Shown here one piece after another: positions 39,263 to 52,209 of a DNA stretch of 64,000 nucleotides. The stretch spans positions 6,634,001 through 6,698,000 of the forward strand of contig CATNEN010000034.1 of the NCBI GenBank assembly GCA_950097015.1, given 5' to 3'. The notes beneath the pieces were generated by a model, which was given only the letters and a program-made list of their open reading frames with translations, did no database searches and had not been told where the DNA came from. The DNA is from Macrostomum hystrix. Lineage: Eukaryota; Animalia; Platyhelminthes. Position numbers and translations under genes: made by a program. Positions within the stretch are counted from its first letter, which is position 1, and each line of letters opens with the position of its first letter.

Positions 39263-42200
39263 GGCTGCTCTGGCTTGGGCACAGGGATAGGTTGTCAAAG
39301 TGTAGGAGGGCTTAGGCCAACAGGCTTCAATGCTGGAGCGAGATAAACAGGAAAGAATGAGAGGCCTCTGTTTTATCATCTAATCAATAGGTGAGTGAGA
39401 TTGCATGGTTGATATTTGAGAGGACTTAGCTGAAACAGTTTTGATTGGCTAGAGGAGACGAAATGATAGCTGTTAGGTGCACGGCGCTAGTGGGGTTGAG
39501 CGTGCGTACAATCTAGCCTCCGCGCGCAGAGGGCTTAAAAAGGCTTCAAGTCACGCACTCTGCAGGGTTAGATTTTTTTACGCTTATAGTGCAGCCATTC
39601 AGAGCGCGGCTCTCAAATCTAATTGTTTAGATCTAATTGTTTAGACTGAGTTTATGTTTAAAATAAACTATTTATCTATCCTATATTTTGGCCTTTAGAT
39701 GTGTACAAAATTTCAAATTTGGGTCGATAAAACTAAAAAAATGAAGGCATGATACATGGTCATGTACAAAGTATTACGTAGAGAAATATCTACTGGGATG
39801 GTATCACTCACGCTAGCAGTTCGTATAGTGGCTAGCGAATTCTGATGTTGGCTCAGAATAGGTAGATACTCGTACATAGCAAATTGATCTAAATAGGTCG
39901 TACAATATACGAGCGTATATATTATTGTGTTTTTTAAAAAGCATACATTGTGAACTAACGAAAGTCGTGCATTTGCTTTTACAAAAGCATGTATTTTTTA
40001 AAGAACTGCAGAGACTTTTCTATGGAATTAGACAGGTTTACTTCAGCAATAAATGATACTTGTGGTGTACTTTGTGCATGTATACATATATACATAGCAT
40101 AAAAGGCAAAAACCGAGATCACGATATAAAACACGTGCAAGAGAATTAAGCGTACCGTAATAAGTTTCGTTTTGTCTGACCTGCGCAGATCGAGGCGTAT
40201 ACCGCGAGGTCCATTGTAGTAAGCTTCTACGCTCGTACTATTTGAGTTAGACTAAAACTTTGAACTACATGTATATTGTATCCGATATGTGATTTCTTGC
40301 ACGAATTCGGTACAACACGTTTCGTAACGTTATAAAAATTAGGCTACACTTTTTATTTAATCGTCCTTAATCGAGCTTCAGTGGCAATGTTATTTCACGT
40401 GCACCCCCCGTCCAACAATATGACGTTGGTTGACGTGCTAGCTTAGCTAATGTATCCACCGGGGGGCTAAAGACTAGGGAAAACCAACAGTGGACTAGAA
40501 TTGGAAGGCGTCGGGATTGTGCGTATATATATTTAGCCGAGTGGCGACTTCATGGGGCTTGTCCTTGCGGTCGGTTAAAGCTTGGTTGGGACGCACAAGA
40601 ACACGTGAATAGGGGGAGAACGATGCATGCCTACCTCAAATTGCAGATCAGACATGCATCCACCATGCAGTAACTGGCGTGAAGTAGCTAGTGTTATTGC
40701 TATATTATTTTAGTAGCTCGTGAACCGTATAGTAGTTGTCAGGACGGCAAGATAAAAAAGGAAAATAATAAATGGTATTTATTCTTTAAATATAAATTTA
40801 TTTTAATATAATATGGTATTTTGTATATTTATTTGGTGTAAGTGTCCCCATGCATATTTGACATATTTTGCTGGTGAAGAAACTTAAAGAAATCAGTTGA
40901 GCCGTTCGCCAAGAAATCAAGTACAAGTTTATTTACGAGTATATAGCTAGTTTCAATAATTGATTATGATGCTGGATTGAAGATCGTGTGAGAAGGGAAG
41001 ATAGTCTCCACAGATATTATATAATATTGTGATGTAGTTTGTTTTAGTATGTACCCAAGTTATGTAATAGAAATTTGAATGCGTTCTGGACAGTCAAGTT
41101 TGAACATTTATTGATTAGTTAGTCCGAACCTTCAGGATCCTTAGAGACTAGGCTTTTAGAACGGAACCTATCCTTGGTTCCTTGGTTCCGTTCTGTTAGG
41201 CACGAAGCTACCTCGAAGTTAGTCGGAAGCTACTCACTTGGTTAAAGTTTTTGTGGCCTGCGCAATTGGAGATAAATTTAGAACTAGGCAAGTTATCAAG
41301 TTACCAAGTTATCTAACTAAACAAAAGTATTAACATCAATTGACAAACTAGCGTTTGGTTTCGGTTGCTTGCAGAAGACGCAAGTCATAATAAGTTCTGT
41401 TTCTACGCTATTTCACGTTGACGGACCAAATTAAGTATATATTACTTCGTCGCGCTAGGCCTATATCAATTTTATTTTATACTATACTGCCTATACTCTA
41501 TTGTGACGGTGTATCCTAGAGTGGTTCTCTTTATGGATAATATATTTTGTTTTAATACTTAATACAGACAAGAACTGCGTTTCCTGTTTTTTAAATCAGC
41601 TTAAATAAGTTTTTTGTTCGTTGGCGCTTACAGCGCCCTCCTTAGCCAGCCTACTTTGTGATCTAATATTAAGAGTCCATAATAATTAATACAATTGTAA
41701 CCCAGCTAGTTATTAACCGCTACACGTTTAAGACCGCTACACCTCTCGATTCGGCATTTAATTTATTGTAATTTAATTTTAATTTTATTTCGTCATAATA
41801 TGGCTATGGATGGCTATGGCTATATAGCTATATTATATGGCTATATGGATTATATGTGAATTCTTTGTTCTATTGATGCCGCCAAAGTTGTTAAAGGCTT
41901 ATTTATTTGTTTTTAGAATTAAGTTCTTATAGTATTTCTGAGAATGTACTTTAATAATGCTTTTTGGTAACATATTTTTTTCTATTTAAAAGTATGTTTG
42001 GTAGCATATTTTTTATGTCTTGCTGATTACTTGTGGCAATCTTTTACTTTGTTTAGTGTAATGTGGCAAGGGTCACAGACATATGCTGGTGTAGCTTAGC
42101 AAGGTTTTAAGTGCTGAATGTGGATTCAGGGGATTAAGTGCCATACCTTAGTCTCGAAGATATAGTGTACACTGGAATTTGTAGCTTATATTTGCTTATA

Positions 42201-42490
42201 TTTGTAGCATTAGTGGATTAATACCCACCATTTTTTTCTGAATGAATACAATTTTCACTTGTTACTATTTGTTGTTCTTTGTTCATTTCATTGTTTTTAG
42301 ATAGGCCTATTCCATGATGATAGCATGAAATTTTAAAAGGAAAAATAATTACACAAAAAAATAAAATGGCATAAATATGCTTTCGTTTGCAAAATTATTT
42401 TATTCTTTTAAAATGTTGAACAAACAAAGTAGATAATGTCAACTGGTAACACAACTAGTAGGAAAAAAATCAAATAACACTGAGCATTGC

Positions 42491-43070
42491 TCAGTGACAA
42501 TAGTGAGCATTGCTAGTGCCATGCATGGCCTGGAATTTCGCTTTGCAGTTGCCCCATGTCCCTTCAATCGTGTTTGTGTGCAGTGTGGGGTCATTGGGGT
42601 CCACAAAGTGGAGCCTATGATTCACAACACCATGGTCACCATGACCACCGACAGCATTTGCCACTTGCTTATATGCCTGCCAGCCGTCTGTCAGGATCCA
42701 CGTGCCAGGTAAGATGTACTGCTGGATGATGGGCAGCAGTACAGCAGTGGACCTGTGTGGTACTGACCACCATGACAGCACTTGGGCGAGCCTCGTTCCA
42801 CCATTCCGAGCACCCAGTGACCATCACTGGTAGGCTCCCTGGTGATAATTGCGGTGGAAGAACCAACTTTTGTCGATCTCGACCACGTCACCAGGGCCAC
42901 CCAGCTGCATTGGGTGATCCACAAAGTACTGGCAATAGACGTCGCGAACAAAGTTGAGCCAGTCGACAGCGGTGCGGCTACTGATGCGACACTCGTGCAT
43001 GATGGTTGACATGGACTTGTTTTTGGCCCAGCATTGCAACAGGGTGATCAGCTGCTGTAGGTCCAGATTT
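42491..43070 (-). mobile_element. Degraded Merlin / ISXO2-like (IS1595-family) DDE transposase
   Basis: Frameshifted pieces: VDWLNFVRDV...LGGPGDVVEIDKS.F.R.Y; WVLGMVERG; V..RS...LLPII..YILPGT.I.TDGW.AY...H.VVNH..HFVDP...HTNTIEG.W. These are typical Merlin/ISXO2 motifs. Confidence 0.88.
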
Positions 43071-43345
43071 TTCTCAGAAGAAGAAAGAAGACGCTTTTTC
43101 GTCACAGTTTCGCTGAGCATGTTAAAAGTTCGCTCCACCTCAGCGTTCCCATGTGGCAGAATAAGAAGCGCACAGCGCAAATGTAGCTTTTTCTCGCTCA
43201 AAACAGCCTTTCATGCATGAAACGTGCATAAACATCTATTGTGAATTGGCGTAAAAGAAAAACTGGCCGTAAATTTTGCGCCATTATTCATTTCGCGCAT
43301 TCGCGCCTCTCAGGGCCGAATTCGCGCCTCCCTCCTAATACTGGT
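43070..43345 (-). mobile_element. hAT transposase C-terminal (dimerisation-domain) fragment with a possible terminus near 43343
   Basis: ALLILPHGNAEVERTFNMLSETVTKKR matches the hAT L.LP.SNA..ER.FS......TK.R motif. The minus strand begins CAGTATTAGGAGGG at ~43343. Confidence 0.65.
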
Positions 43346-43975
43346 TAGCAGTATTGCTTTTGTACTTAAAGTGCAACAAAAACTGAAGTACTCATTGGAA
43401 ATTTGTTGCCTATTTGCACGTTAATGTCAACGGATTAGCAGCAAACAAGCTTACAAAATAGCAGCAACGTAAGTTAAAAAACAGGGAACGATAAAAGTAG
43501 TAACACAGAGATGCGTTGGCGATACCATTATCTAACTGTTGTCGCGTGGCATTGGACCTGAATGCTGGCGTTTACCAACTTTCATAGCCTTGATGCACCA
43601 CTCTAGGGTTGTCTAGCATTTCTATAAAAAATCGGGTTGCAGTTACGCGACCTCTGATTTTTTGACACCGTTTCTCCACTTGGCCTTTTTCTTCGGCCTT
43701 ATCTACCTGATCGAGGAACTCCTGCGCCTACTTGCGCATCTCGTCGATACGCTTCTGCTGCTTGACGATCTCCTCGTCTTATAGACGTCATCTATCTATT
43801 CTTTAGTGAAACTAAATAAAGCAAAGTAAATAAAATAATAGCAATTTTCTAACTCCAAGGTTATGGTTATATCTAGACCTAGAATGCACATAAAAGTAGC
43901 CTGTATTTATTGATTCAACCGAACTTAAAACACCCGCAGCAGCACTAAGCCAACCCATTGGTTTTTAATCAAAGA

Positions 43976-44200
43976 ATGGATCTAGCCGCGCCATCCAAGA
44001 AGCCAGATGGACCAGCCGGCTCACAGCCGCCAAGCAAGTACATCCAACTGCTGCAGGTCATCGAAGAGATGGGCCGCGATGTAAGGCCTAGCTACGCTGG
44101 CAACAAGATGGCCATCGAGCGCCTAAAGAAGAACATTCATACTAGCCGCATGATGGTGCGCGAATGCCTGCTGGAGTGTGAGAAGTCATCTCGCACCTAA
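43976..44200 (+). CDS. CDK2AP1: CDK2-associated protein (CDK2AP1/DOC-1 family), 74 aa, intronless
   Basis: SKYIQLLQVIEEMGRDVRPSYAGNKMAIERLKKNIHTSRMMVRECLLECEK matches the family motif SKY..LL..IEE.G...RP.YAG.K...ERLK..I...R..VRECL.E.E. Confidence 0.93.
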   Translation: MDLAAPSKKPDGPAGSQPPSKYIQLLQVIEEMGRDVRPSYAGNKMAIERLKKNIHTSRMMVRECLLECEKSSRT

Positions 44201-44889
44201 TCCTCATTGATTTATTGATTTACTACACTTATCTCTTAGTAACGAGTGAGTCTTGACTATTGCTGCTTGCATCACCGCTAGACGCATTCAGTTTTACTAT
44301 TATTTCAATTTACTTTTATTATTCACCTTTTGCTTATACTACTTGTGACAGAATCGAACAGTAGTGTGTAAGTATTAAATCAGCTAAATACTAAGCAAAT
44401 GTATAATTCTAAATACTAAACTTTTTAATATGACCAGTTTTTTCTGTACATAGTAAATCCCAAACATTGTATTAACTAAGTGTTTCTTTATCGCTCATAT
44501 GTCACTTATAACCAGTTTCCAGTGCAAACAGTTCTTTCTGAACTGTTGCTTTATTAGCCAAACAGAAGGAAAAATAAACTGGCTAAACTTAAAAGTGGAC
44601 AATTTAATACAACTTATTTGATTGTAGTTTGAATGTTATGAGAACAAATTAAACTCAAACAGGTATTTTTTAACTTGAAATTTATTAACCAACTCTATGC
44701 TTTGTGCAAAAAGGTATAATTTTGACCATAGCGCGACTTGATTGACATAAAAAGGCAATGAAATGCGTATATGCAAGGAATAAAATTGTTACCTAATCGT
44801 AAGAGACAAGAGCAAGTCCAGCTCGTATTTTCTAATTTGCGTATTGGGGATTTGAAGGTAGTACTGCTTTTCTACGGATTTGAATCGGG

Positions 44890-45075
44890 TCTTGCTTTCT
44901 AGGGATTTAATTGGTTCCCTCTTTTCTGAGGACTTGAACAAGGTCTAGCTTTTACGGGGATTTGATTAAGTTCCCGCTTTTCTGGGGATTTTATTGAGTT
45001 CCCCGCTTTTCTGGGGATTTTATTGAGTTCCCGCTTTTCTGGGGATTTTATTGAGTTCCCGCTTTTCTGGGGATT
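44890..45075. repeat. Imperfect 28-bp repeat (CCCGCTTTTCTGGGGATTTTATTGAGTT)
   Basis: Period of 28 at 45002/45030. Confidence 0.8.
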
Positions 45076-45283
45076 CGACTGAATTTCTGATGATTTGAAT
45101 GAGGTCCCTGAGGATTCGATGGAATGAGGTCTTGCTTATCTGGGGTCTATTACAGGGTTTGAATGGGGTCTGGCTTTTACGGGGATTTGAGCGATTTTTG
45201 CTTTTCTATAATAGGATATTTCTGCGATTAAAAGTAAAAAAGGCATCATCTAACATGACAATGGTCTGCTGTGAAACAGTGGG

Positions 45284-47110
45284 TCAGCGCCTCAGTTCTA
45301 GTCCAAGGTGCACAATGGCAAAGATAATCTCAGTGCAGATCAGAAATATGATGATCTTCTCCAGCCGATGGCCCTCTAATTCGTGCTTCTGATTGCGCAA
45401 CAGGTCGCACAGATCTAAGCAGAACTGCAGGCGGGTATTTAACAGCCTGGCCCGCCTAGCAACAGTTAACACATTGCACATTCTACCGTAGAGAGCCTCA
45501 AGATCTTCGTGCTCCCAGTAGAAGTCTGGCGGCGAGTCGCACACGCTGGCAGCGAAGCGCAGCCGGTAGAGCTGGCCGGTGCGATTCAGAATCAGATCGC
45601 CGGGTGTGCGAACATTCTCGCCCTCCTGCGGTGATTGGAAGCGTGGGTAAACGAGTCAAACGACTGAAGAGTCATTAATTGAAGGGGCTGGGAGCTCACA
45701 GTACTAAGGTCCATTAGCTTAAATCCGGGGCGCAGCCGCGGAGAGAAAGCTTGGGGCTTGTCTTGCCATTTAACAGTAGGAATACTAAGCCATGTGCCGC
45801 CCGTTTTTAGACAAAGGGGGTTTTCGGAGATGATGCAGGCACATTTACCTCATACACCCCAATTCGTGTATGGGAAAAATCAAACCTTCGGCCAGAACCA
45901 TTGAATAAATCGATCGGTCTGAAAAAGCTGTCGACTTGATTCTTGTTTCAGAAAGTTGCGCAACACAAATTTGGCCCGTGTTCTTGAGTTTCTTGTGCTT
46001 GCGTTGCTCCGTTCGGGTGCAGCACAAAAATTTGTCAGGGGGGAATTCCCCCTTCGTAGTTCTACTCGTCATAATCATAACTCGTACTACCATGTAAAAC
46101 TATGTTAAACGATAAAAAAGACCGGGCGGATGTACACCTGTATGAGTATGTGCTCAAGGGTCAGCGGAATGGGCCGAATGGGCATTAATTTGTTAAATTA
46201 GTCATACAACAAACGGGCAGTATAGAAGGTGGGAAACCAAGGCAAAAATTGGTCAGCCCACCTGTAGGCCGGCAATCCATGGCTCCAGATCACGCGACAA
46301 TCTATCCAGCTGCATCTCCAAGTGGCCCAGCCTAGTGGAAGTGGCCAGCGCGTCGCTGATGGCGAACTTTTCCAGCACCAGCGAGTCATCGGAGCTGCCA
46401 CCGGCGCTAGCTGGCAAATGAATAATGATCTTCGCTGACTTTGACGGAGCTGATGTCATCAGCGTCTACGTAGGACATGCTCTCAGTCTGCTCCAGTATG
46501 TCAGCCTGACTGTGCGGCTTCATCACATAGGCCTAGGGAGATTGTGAGAGTAGTTCATTCTTTTCTAGAACCCCAACCAATGCCCTACATTACAGAATCC
46601 CAATCATTCCAGAATACCAATGCAAAAAGCTAAATAAAAAAATATTCGAACTATAGCCTAGGGCTGATGACGCAACTGACTTACGCGAAACTGTTTCATA
46701 GCCTGTTCAGCCTCCTTCTCCGACATGTTCCACAGCACAACGGCGCCATTATCGAATAGCACAGCGTCCCGCCGCTGGCCCCCGACAGTGTACTGCTGGC
46801 GCACCGTGGCCATCAGCGCCGTGCCAGCCAGCTCCGCCGGCAGCGGCACAAGCTGGTACAGGCCGTGCTGCAGGGCCAGGTCCCGCGCCAGCGAGCGCAG
46901 ATTCAGCCGCTCACCCAGGGCCATTGCGGACACTGGGCGCTCAACTGAGGCTGCCATCCTGCTGGCCTGCTCAAACTGCTGCTCAGCTGGCTGCTGCTGC
47001 TGCTGCATTCTCTGCTGCCGTCGCTGCTGCGCTTGGGTGGCACACATGCGAATTACAGCCACACAGTGGCCGCCGTGTAGCAGCCCGCACAGTCGAATGG
47101 ATGGGCGCAA
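45284..47110 (-). CDS. RMND1: RMND1 (RMD1/DUF155 family); N-terminus uncertain, one +1 frameshift in exon 2
   Basis: Exons ~47110-46685 (CGC|gtaagt), 46532-46262 (271 nt between phase-0 introns, i.e. one base too many) and 45625-45284. Motifs: LFDNGAVVLWN, LEKFAISDAL..S..LG, G.LY.LR, PDFYWE.E.LE.LY, RR...LN.RL, LEKIIIFLI..EI.F. Confidence 0.88.
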
Positions 47111-47149
47111 CTGGAATAAGAAAGCGGGAGTTACTGTGACACGTGTAGA

Positions 47150-47895
47150 ATGACAGCCTGACAACTACAGTAACTGTAAAAGCTGGGGAATGACAGCCCG
47201 AAAACTACAGTAAGTGTAATAGCTGTGGATTGACAGCCGGACAACTAAAGTAACTGTAATAGCTGTGGAATGATAGCCCGACAACTACAGTAACTCTAAT
47301 AGCTGTAGAATGACAGACCGAAAACTAATAGCTGGGGAATGACAGCCCGACAACTAATAGCTGGGGAATGACAGCCCGACAACTAATAGCTGGGGAATGA
47401 CAGCCCGACAACTAATCGCTGGGGAATGACAGCCTGACAACTACAGTAACTGTAATAGCTGGGGAATGATAGCCTGACAACTACAGTAACTGTAATAGCT
47501 GGGGAATGACAGCCGGACAACTACAGTAACTGTAATCGCTGGGGAATGATAGCCTGACAACTACAGTAACTGTAATCGCTGGGGAATGATAGCCGGACAA
47601 CTACAGTAACTGTAATAGCTGGGGAATGACAGCCTGACAACTACAGTAACTGTAATCGCTGGGGAATGATAGCCTGACAACTACAGTAACTGTAATAGCT
47701 GGGGAATGACAGCCTGACAACTACAGTAACTGTAATAGCTGGGGAATGATAGTCTGACAACTACAGTAACTGTAATAGCTGGGGAATGACAGCCGGACAA
47801 CTACAGGAACTGTAATAGCTGGGGAATGACAGCCTGACAATCTACAGTAACTGTAATAGCTGGGGAATGACAGCCCGACAACTACAGTAACTGTA
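47150..47895. repeat. 40-bp minisatellite (GACAACTACAGTAACTGTAATAGCTGGGGAATGACAGCCT)n
   Basis: Period of 40; internal TACAG-TAA-CTGTA palindrome. Confidence 0.93.
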
Positions 47896-48279
47896 CAGCT
47901 TGTGGCAGCCTAACATCTACAGTGAGTAACTGGACTAATAGGGAGCTGAGATAAGCTATAAATTACGAAATAAAAAAAAAGAATTTTAGACAATTTTAGA
48001 ATTTATTTAATAAACTGACTAATTTTAAATGCCAGGATTTGAATTGCAATCATTTCGAAGTACGACATGCTACTTGCCAAATGGTGCATCAAGCGCATAA
48101 TTTGTTTATTTAACACAACTTGAACAACCATTTTTTGTTGGTTGAAAAATAAATGCATTCATACCAAAATAACGGTTAATTTTAGTTCGTATAAATAGCT
48201 ATAATAGCTAATTTTTTACACCCCTTGACTCTTCTATAGGCTCGAGATTTTAGAATAAGGGCCTGATTAGGTGGCTTAG

Positions 48280-48692
48280 ACAACTGATTAGGTGGGTAGG
48301 TGTACTGAATTCGGGTTGTTGCACTGATAGGGTGGATTTGGTGTACTAAATTTGGGTTGGCGTATTGAATTCGGATTGGTGTACTGAATTCGGGTTAGTG
48401 TACTGAATTTGGGTTGGTATACTGAATTTGGGTTGAATGGTGTACTGAATTTGGGTTGGCGTACTGAATTCGGATTGGTGTGCTGTATTTGGGTTGGTGT
48501 ACTGAATTGGGTTAGTGAACTGAATTTGGGTTGGTGTACTGAATTTTGGTTAGTGTACTGATTTTGGTTGGTGTACTAAATTTGGGTTGGTGTACTGAAT
48601 TTGGTTGCTGTACTAAATTTGGGTTGGTGTACTGAATTGGGTTGGTTTACTAAATTTGGGTTGGTGTACTGAATTTGGGTTGGTGTACTGAT
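48280..48692. repeat. 19-20-bp degenerate repeat (TTGGGTTGGTGTACTGAAT)
   Basis: Direct reading. Confidence 0.85.
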
Positions 48693-48772
48693 TGCAAAAG
48701 CAAAAGTGGATACAATATAGTTTTTAATATGAACGCAGATGTCCGAAGCACAGCAGTTCACAAGGCTAGTAT

Positions 48773-50666
48773 TCACACACAGACTCCCGTGGCCGCATAC
48801 AGCAGCTCATCTTCCGTACCGGCGCATAGGAAATCTTCACCGAGGCAGAATGAATTTACAGACAGTTTCTGGCTAGCAGGCAGTACGGCTCTCAGGTGAG
48901 GGTTGTCGGTCAGTGCGGCGGTGCCGCAACTGCCTAGGCCGGCGCCGCCGTCGCTACGCCGGATGGCGTACAGCTGGCCAGCCATGGTAGACACGAACAG
49001 CAGGTCGCCCTGCACTGGATGGAATTCCACCTGCAGGGGGTTGAGGATTGGCCTTGACATTGAAGGACAAAGAAAGAGGGTTTGTCTACTTCAGAAGTAG
49101 AAGTAGAATGGGTGTACATTGAAGTCGAAGAATGGGGGTTGGTCAAGAGTGAATGTACATTGAAGTCGAGGAATGGGGGTTGGTCAAGAGTGAATGTACA
49201 TTGAAGTCGAAGAATGGGGGTTGGTCAAGAGTGAATGTACATTGAAGTCGAGGAATGGGGGTTGGTCAAGAGTGAATGTACATTGAAGTCGAAGAATGGG
49301 GGTGGTCTAGAGTGGTTGTACATTGAAGTCGAAGAAAGAGGGTTGGTCTAGAGTGAATGTACATTAAAGTCGAAGAATGGGGGTGGTCTAGAGTGGTTGT
49401 ACATTGAAGTCGAAGACAGGGGTTGGTCTAGAGCGAATGTACATTGAAGTCGAAGAAAGATGGTTGATCTAGAGTGAACGTACATTGAAGTCGAAGAATG
49501 GGGGTTGGTCAAGGGTGAGTGAATATTAAGACAAAAAATTAGGGTTGGTCTAGGGTGGGTGTACATTGAAGTCGAAGAATAAGGGCGTAGAATGAAGGAC
49601 GGGATGAAAGTTTGTCTGTAGAGTGAATTCCCATAAAAATATAGGCTATGCTTGAGGTGATCCTCACCTGTGTCACATGACCGCCGTCCAGTTCCACAAT
49701 GCTAACGGGGAATTTCTCCTGTCGCAGGTCCCACAGGCACAGGCAGCCGCCAGAGGCGCCGGTAGCCACCAGGTGCGGCTGCGCCGGATGCCGCCTGGCG
49801 CAATGCATAGCGCGGGGATCGCCAGCCACGGTGAGGACCTTCTCGTACTGGCCCAGACCCGTGCGCAGATCCCACAGCTTTAGCTGGCCCATACTGTTCA
49901 CCTGGGAGCGGAGAAGTATACAACATGTTCAATAATATACTTATATATAATATATATATACATATTTTTTTATTGCTCATATTTAGATCGACAGCGGATA
50001 TAAGTAATATTTCTTGTGGCAAAAACTCACAGTGCAAGCTGCATTCTGATCGATGAAATCGGCCCCAGTAACGCAGCAGGAATCCAATCCAGTGCAATGG
50101 TTGCCATCTGGCCGGAGTCCCTGTTCGCCGCAAGCATCGCCAATGCCATTGTTAATCGGCAAACTAATAGCCAGAGAGCAGCAGGCTAAGCGGCCAGACT
50201 CCCAGCCAATCAGAGAGTGCCAGCCGTCGCGAATAGCCAGTGCTGAGACCGGGTCTGGCCTGTCCATAGCAGGCCGCCAGCCTCGGCCAAGTGGACGGAG
50301 CAGGCGATTTGCGTGCCCCCGCCGCTGCTCCTGCCAGTCGCCGCCTTCGTTGCCATCAGCCTCGTTGCTATTATTTGTAGCTATGGCAACTAGTTCACCA
50401 GTGCCCAGACCAGCGAACAGATTCTGATTGACCGGATCAAAGCGTAGACACATAACGTCACCATGGCAACGATGCTCGGCTAGGAGGCGCGGACTGCTGG
50501 CCTCGTCGGGTAACTCGGATTCGTAGCCCAACAACTGGATACGATTCTTGGGGCCTTCACCCCAGCTGCCAGCTGCCACAGCTGGCTGCTTGTCGGTGTA
50601 GTGACTGGCCAGTGCCACCTGGGACACTCGGAAAGATACAAATTTGGCTGCGACTTTGCTGGCCAT
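48773..50666 (-). CDS. NUP43: Nucleoporin Nup43 (WD40), 375 aa, 3 exons
   Basis: Exons 50666-50031, 49901-49668 and 49030-48773, all phase 0 and GT-AG. AKFVS..VS, AAGSW, HGDV, VNSMGQLKLWDLR, RHPAQPHLVATG..GG.LCLWDLRQ, VEFHP and LSVNSF.L..D.L..GT.DE.LY all match Nup43. Confidence 0.92.
49085..49580. repeat. 41-bp minisatellite in NUP43 intron 2
   Basis: Unit TGTACATTGAAGTCGAAGAATGGGGGTTGGTCAAGAGTGAA; period of 41 at 49141/49182. Confidence 0.92.
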
Positions 50667-52209
50667 ACTTTGAAATGCAGTGCAAGCTGCATTGAAAGAA
50701 ATGTAATGGAAAGGATTTGAAATTCGCTATGTTGTTTTTTAAATACAATTAGCTTTATTTATGCATACAAACTAGCAAATAAAGCACTAAGATCACAAGA
50801 CTTTACTAAGATGGTATGTCAAAATGGACAGGCATAATACGAGCGTAGTATGTAGCTTAGGATGTTGCAGTAGGACTGACTTTAGGCTCAATATACATTA
50901 TATACAATATACAATATTTGTATACAATATACATATACAATCTATGTACATTAAAACCCAGAGACCAAATCTTAATGTTCAGCTAATTCACAGTGGTGTG
51001 GCCATGTTCTCCAGGTGTTCAAAGTGAAGGCACAAACCATATCTGTGTACTTGCATCCTAAAATTATGCCCCTGATCTGCCTATTGGACTGTATAGTAAA
51101 TGCTTGTTAATCTATCTTATTTAATGTAGATTTATGTGTGCAAATAAATATATGATAGACCCCAAATATGGCAATGATGGACTGAAATACCTTGGAGTTT
51201 AATTAGGATTTATTATTCATATTTCTGTTGATCTAGGGTGGCACATCTAAAACAACCATACTAGATTTGCTTGTTTCTAAATCAGATTCACTTTACACAA
51301 TCCATCCTTGCCTAATAAATTTCATAATTGGGGTATGACAAAATATCCTCATTATGAAAACAAATTATAACAAAATACAAAAGAAAAAATGTATAATTAA
51401 AAAATTACAAAAATGGTATTACAAAATTGGAGTAAAACTATGAGTTTTGTTATTTGATCCCCTTTCAATACATTTTCTCAATTTAAAAGATTAAATAACA
51501 AAAGTGAATATGAGGTTTTATTTGATTGCTTAGTTTTGGTTGAACTAGACACTTCAAATAAATACCACCAGAAAACTGTTCTGGTGGTGACATTAATTAG
51601 ATAACATTTTGGCTGTTTTCTACTCTTTGATTGGGTCTTTTACATGGGGATCATATAAAAAGTGCCTAGGAATGGGGTTCATAAAATCATAGTGAGTGTT
51701 GCTATACAGAACTGATGTACCACCTCTAAATCTCGGGGTGCATATATACAATGTTTTATGTTGTATAGGGCCTAATATCTAATTTTTATAATGTGAGTGT
51801 TGCTAGAACTTTGAATAAAAGTTCTTGATATGCTGTTTTACTTCTGTTTGGCTTTATTGTTCACATTCCATAAAATACAAGCAAAATATGTGCACCTGGA
51901 TTGCTCTGGTAGTTTGGGGCTGACCTTGCTGTGATTGATTGTAGCACCACATAGCCCATATCTTTGCTAGGAAGCTAGGGTACTATAGATATTAATTCTA
52001 TAGATAGAAACCAACTGCAGAGTGAAAATAAAGTAACTCACTTGCCATCATTGGCATCACTTGCCAACAGGCAATGTCATAAATGCAACACCAGCACAGC
52101 AATATTTGGAACATTACAAAGCATCTTTGCAGAGGATATTACAACATAGGCCTAGTAAAGGCTTGCCTAGGCCACAACTAGGCCTACAATCCATTTAATT
52201 GATGCATAT

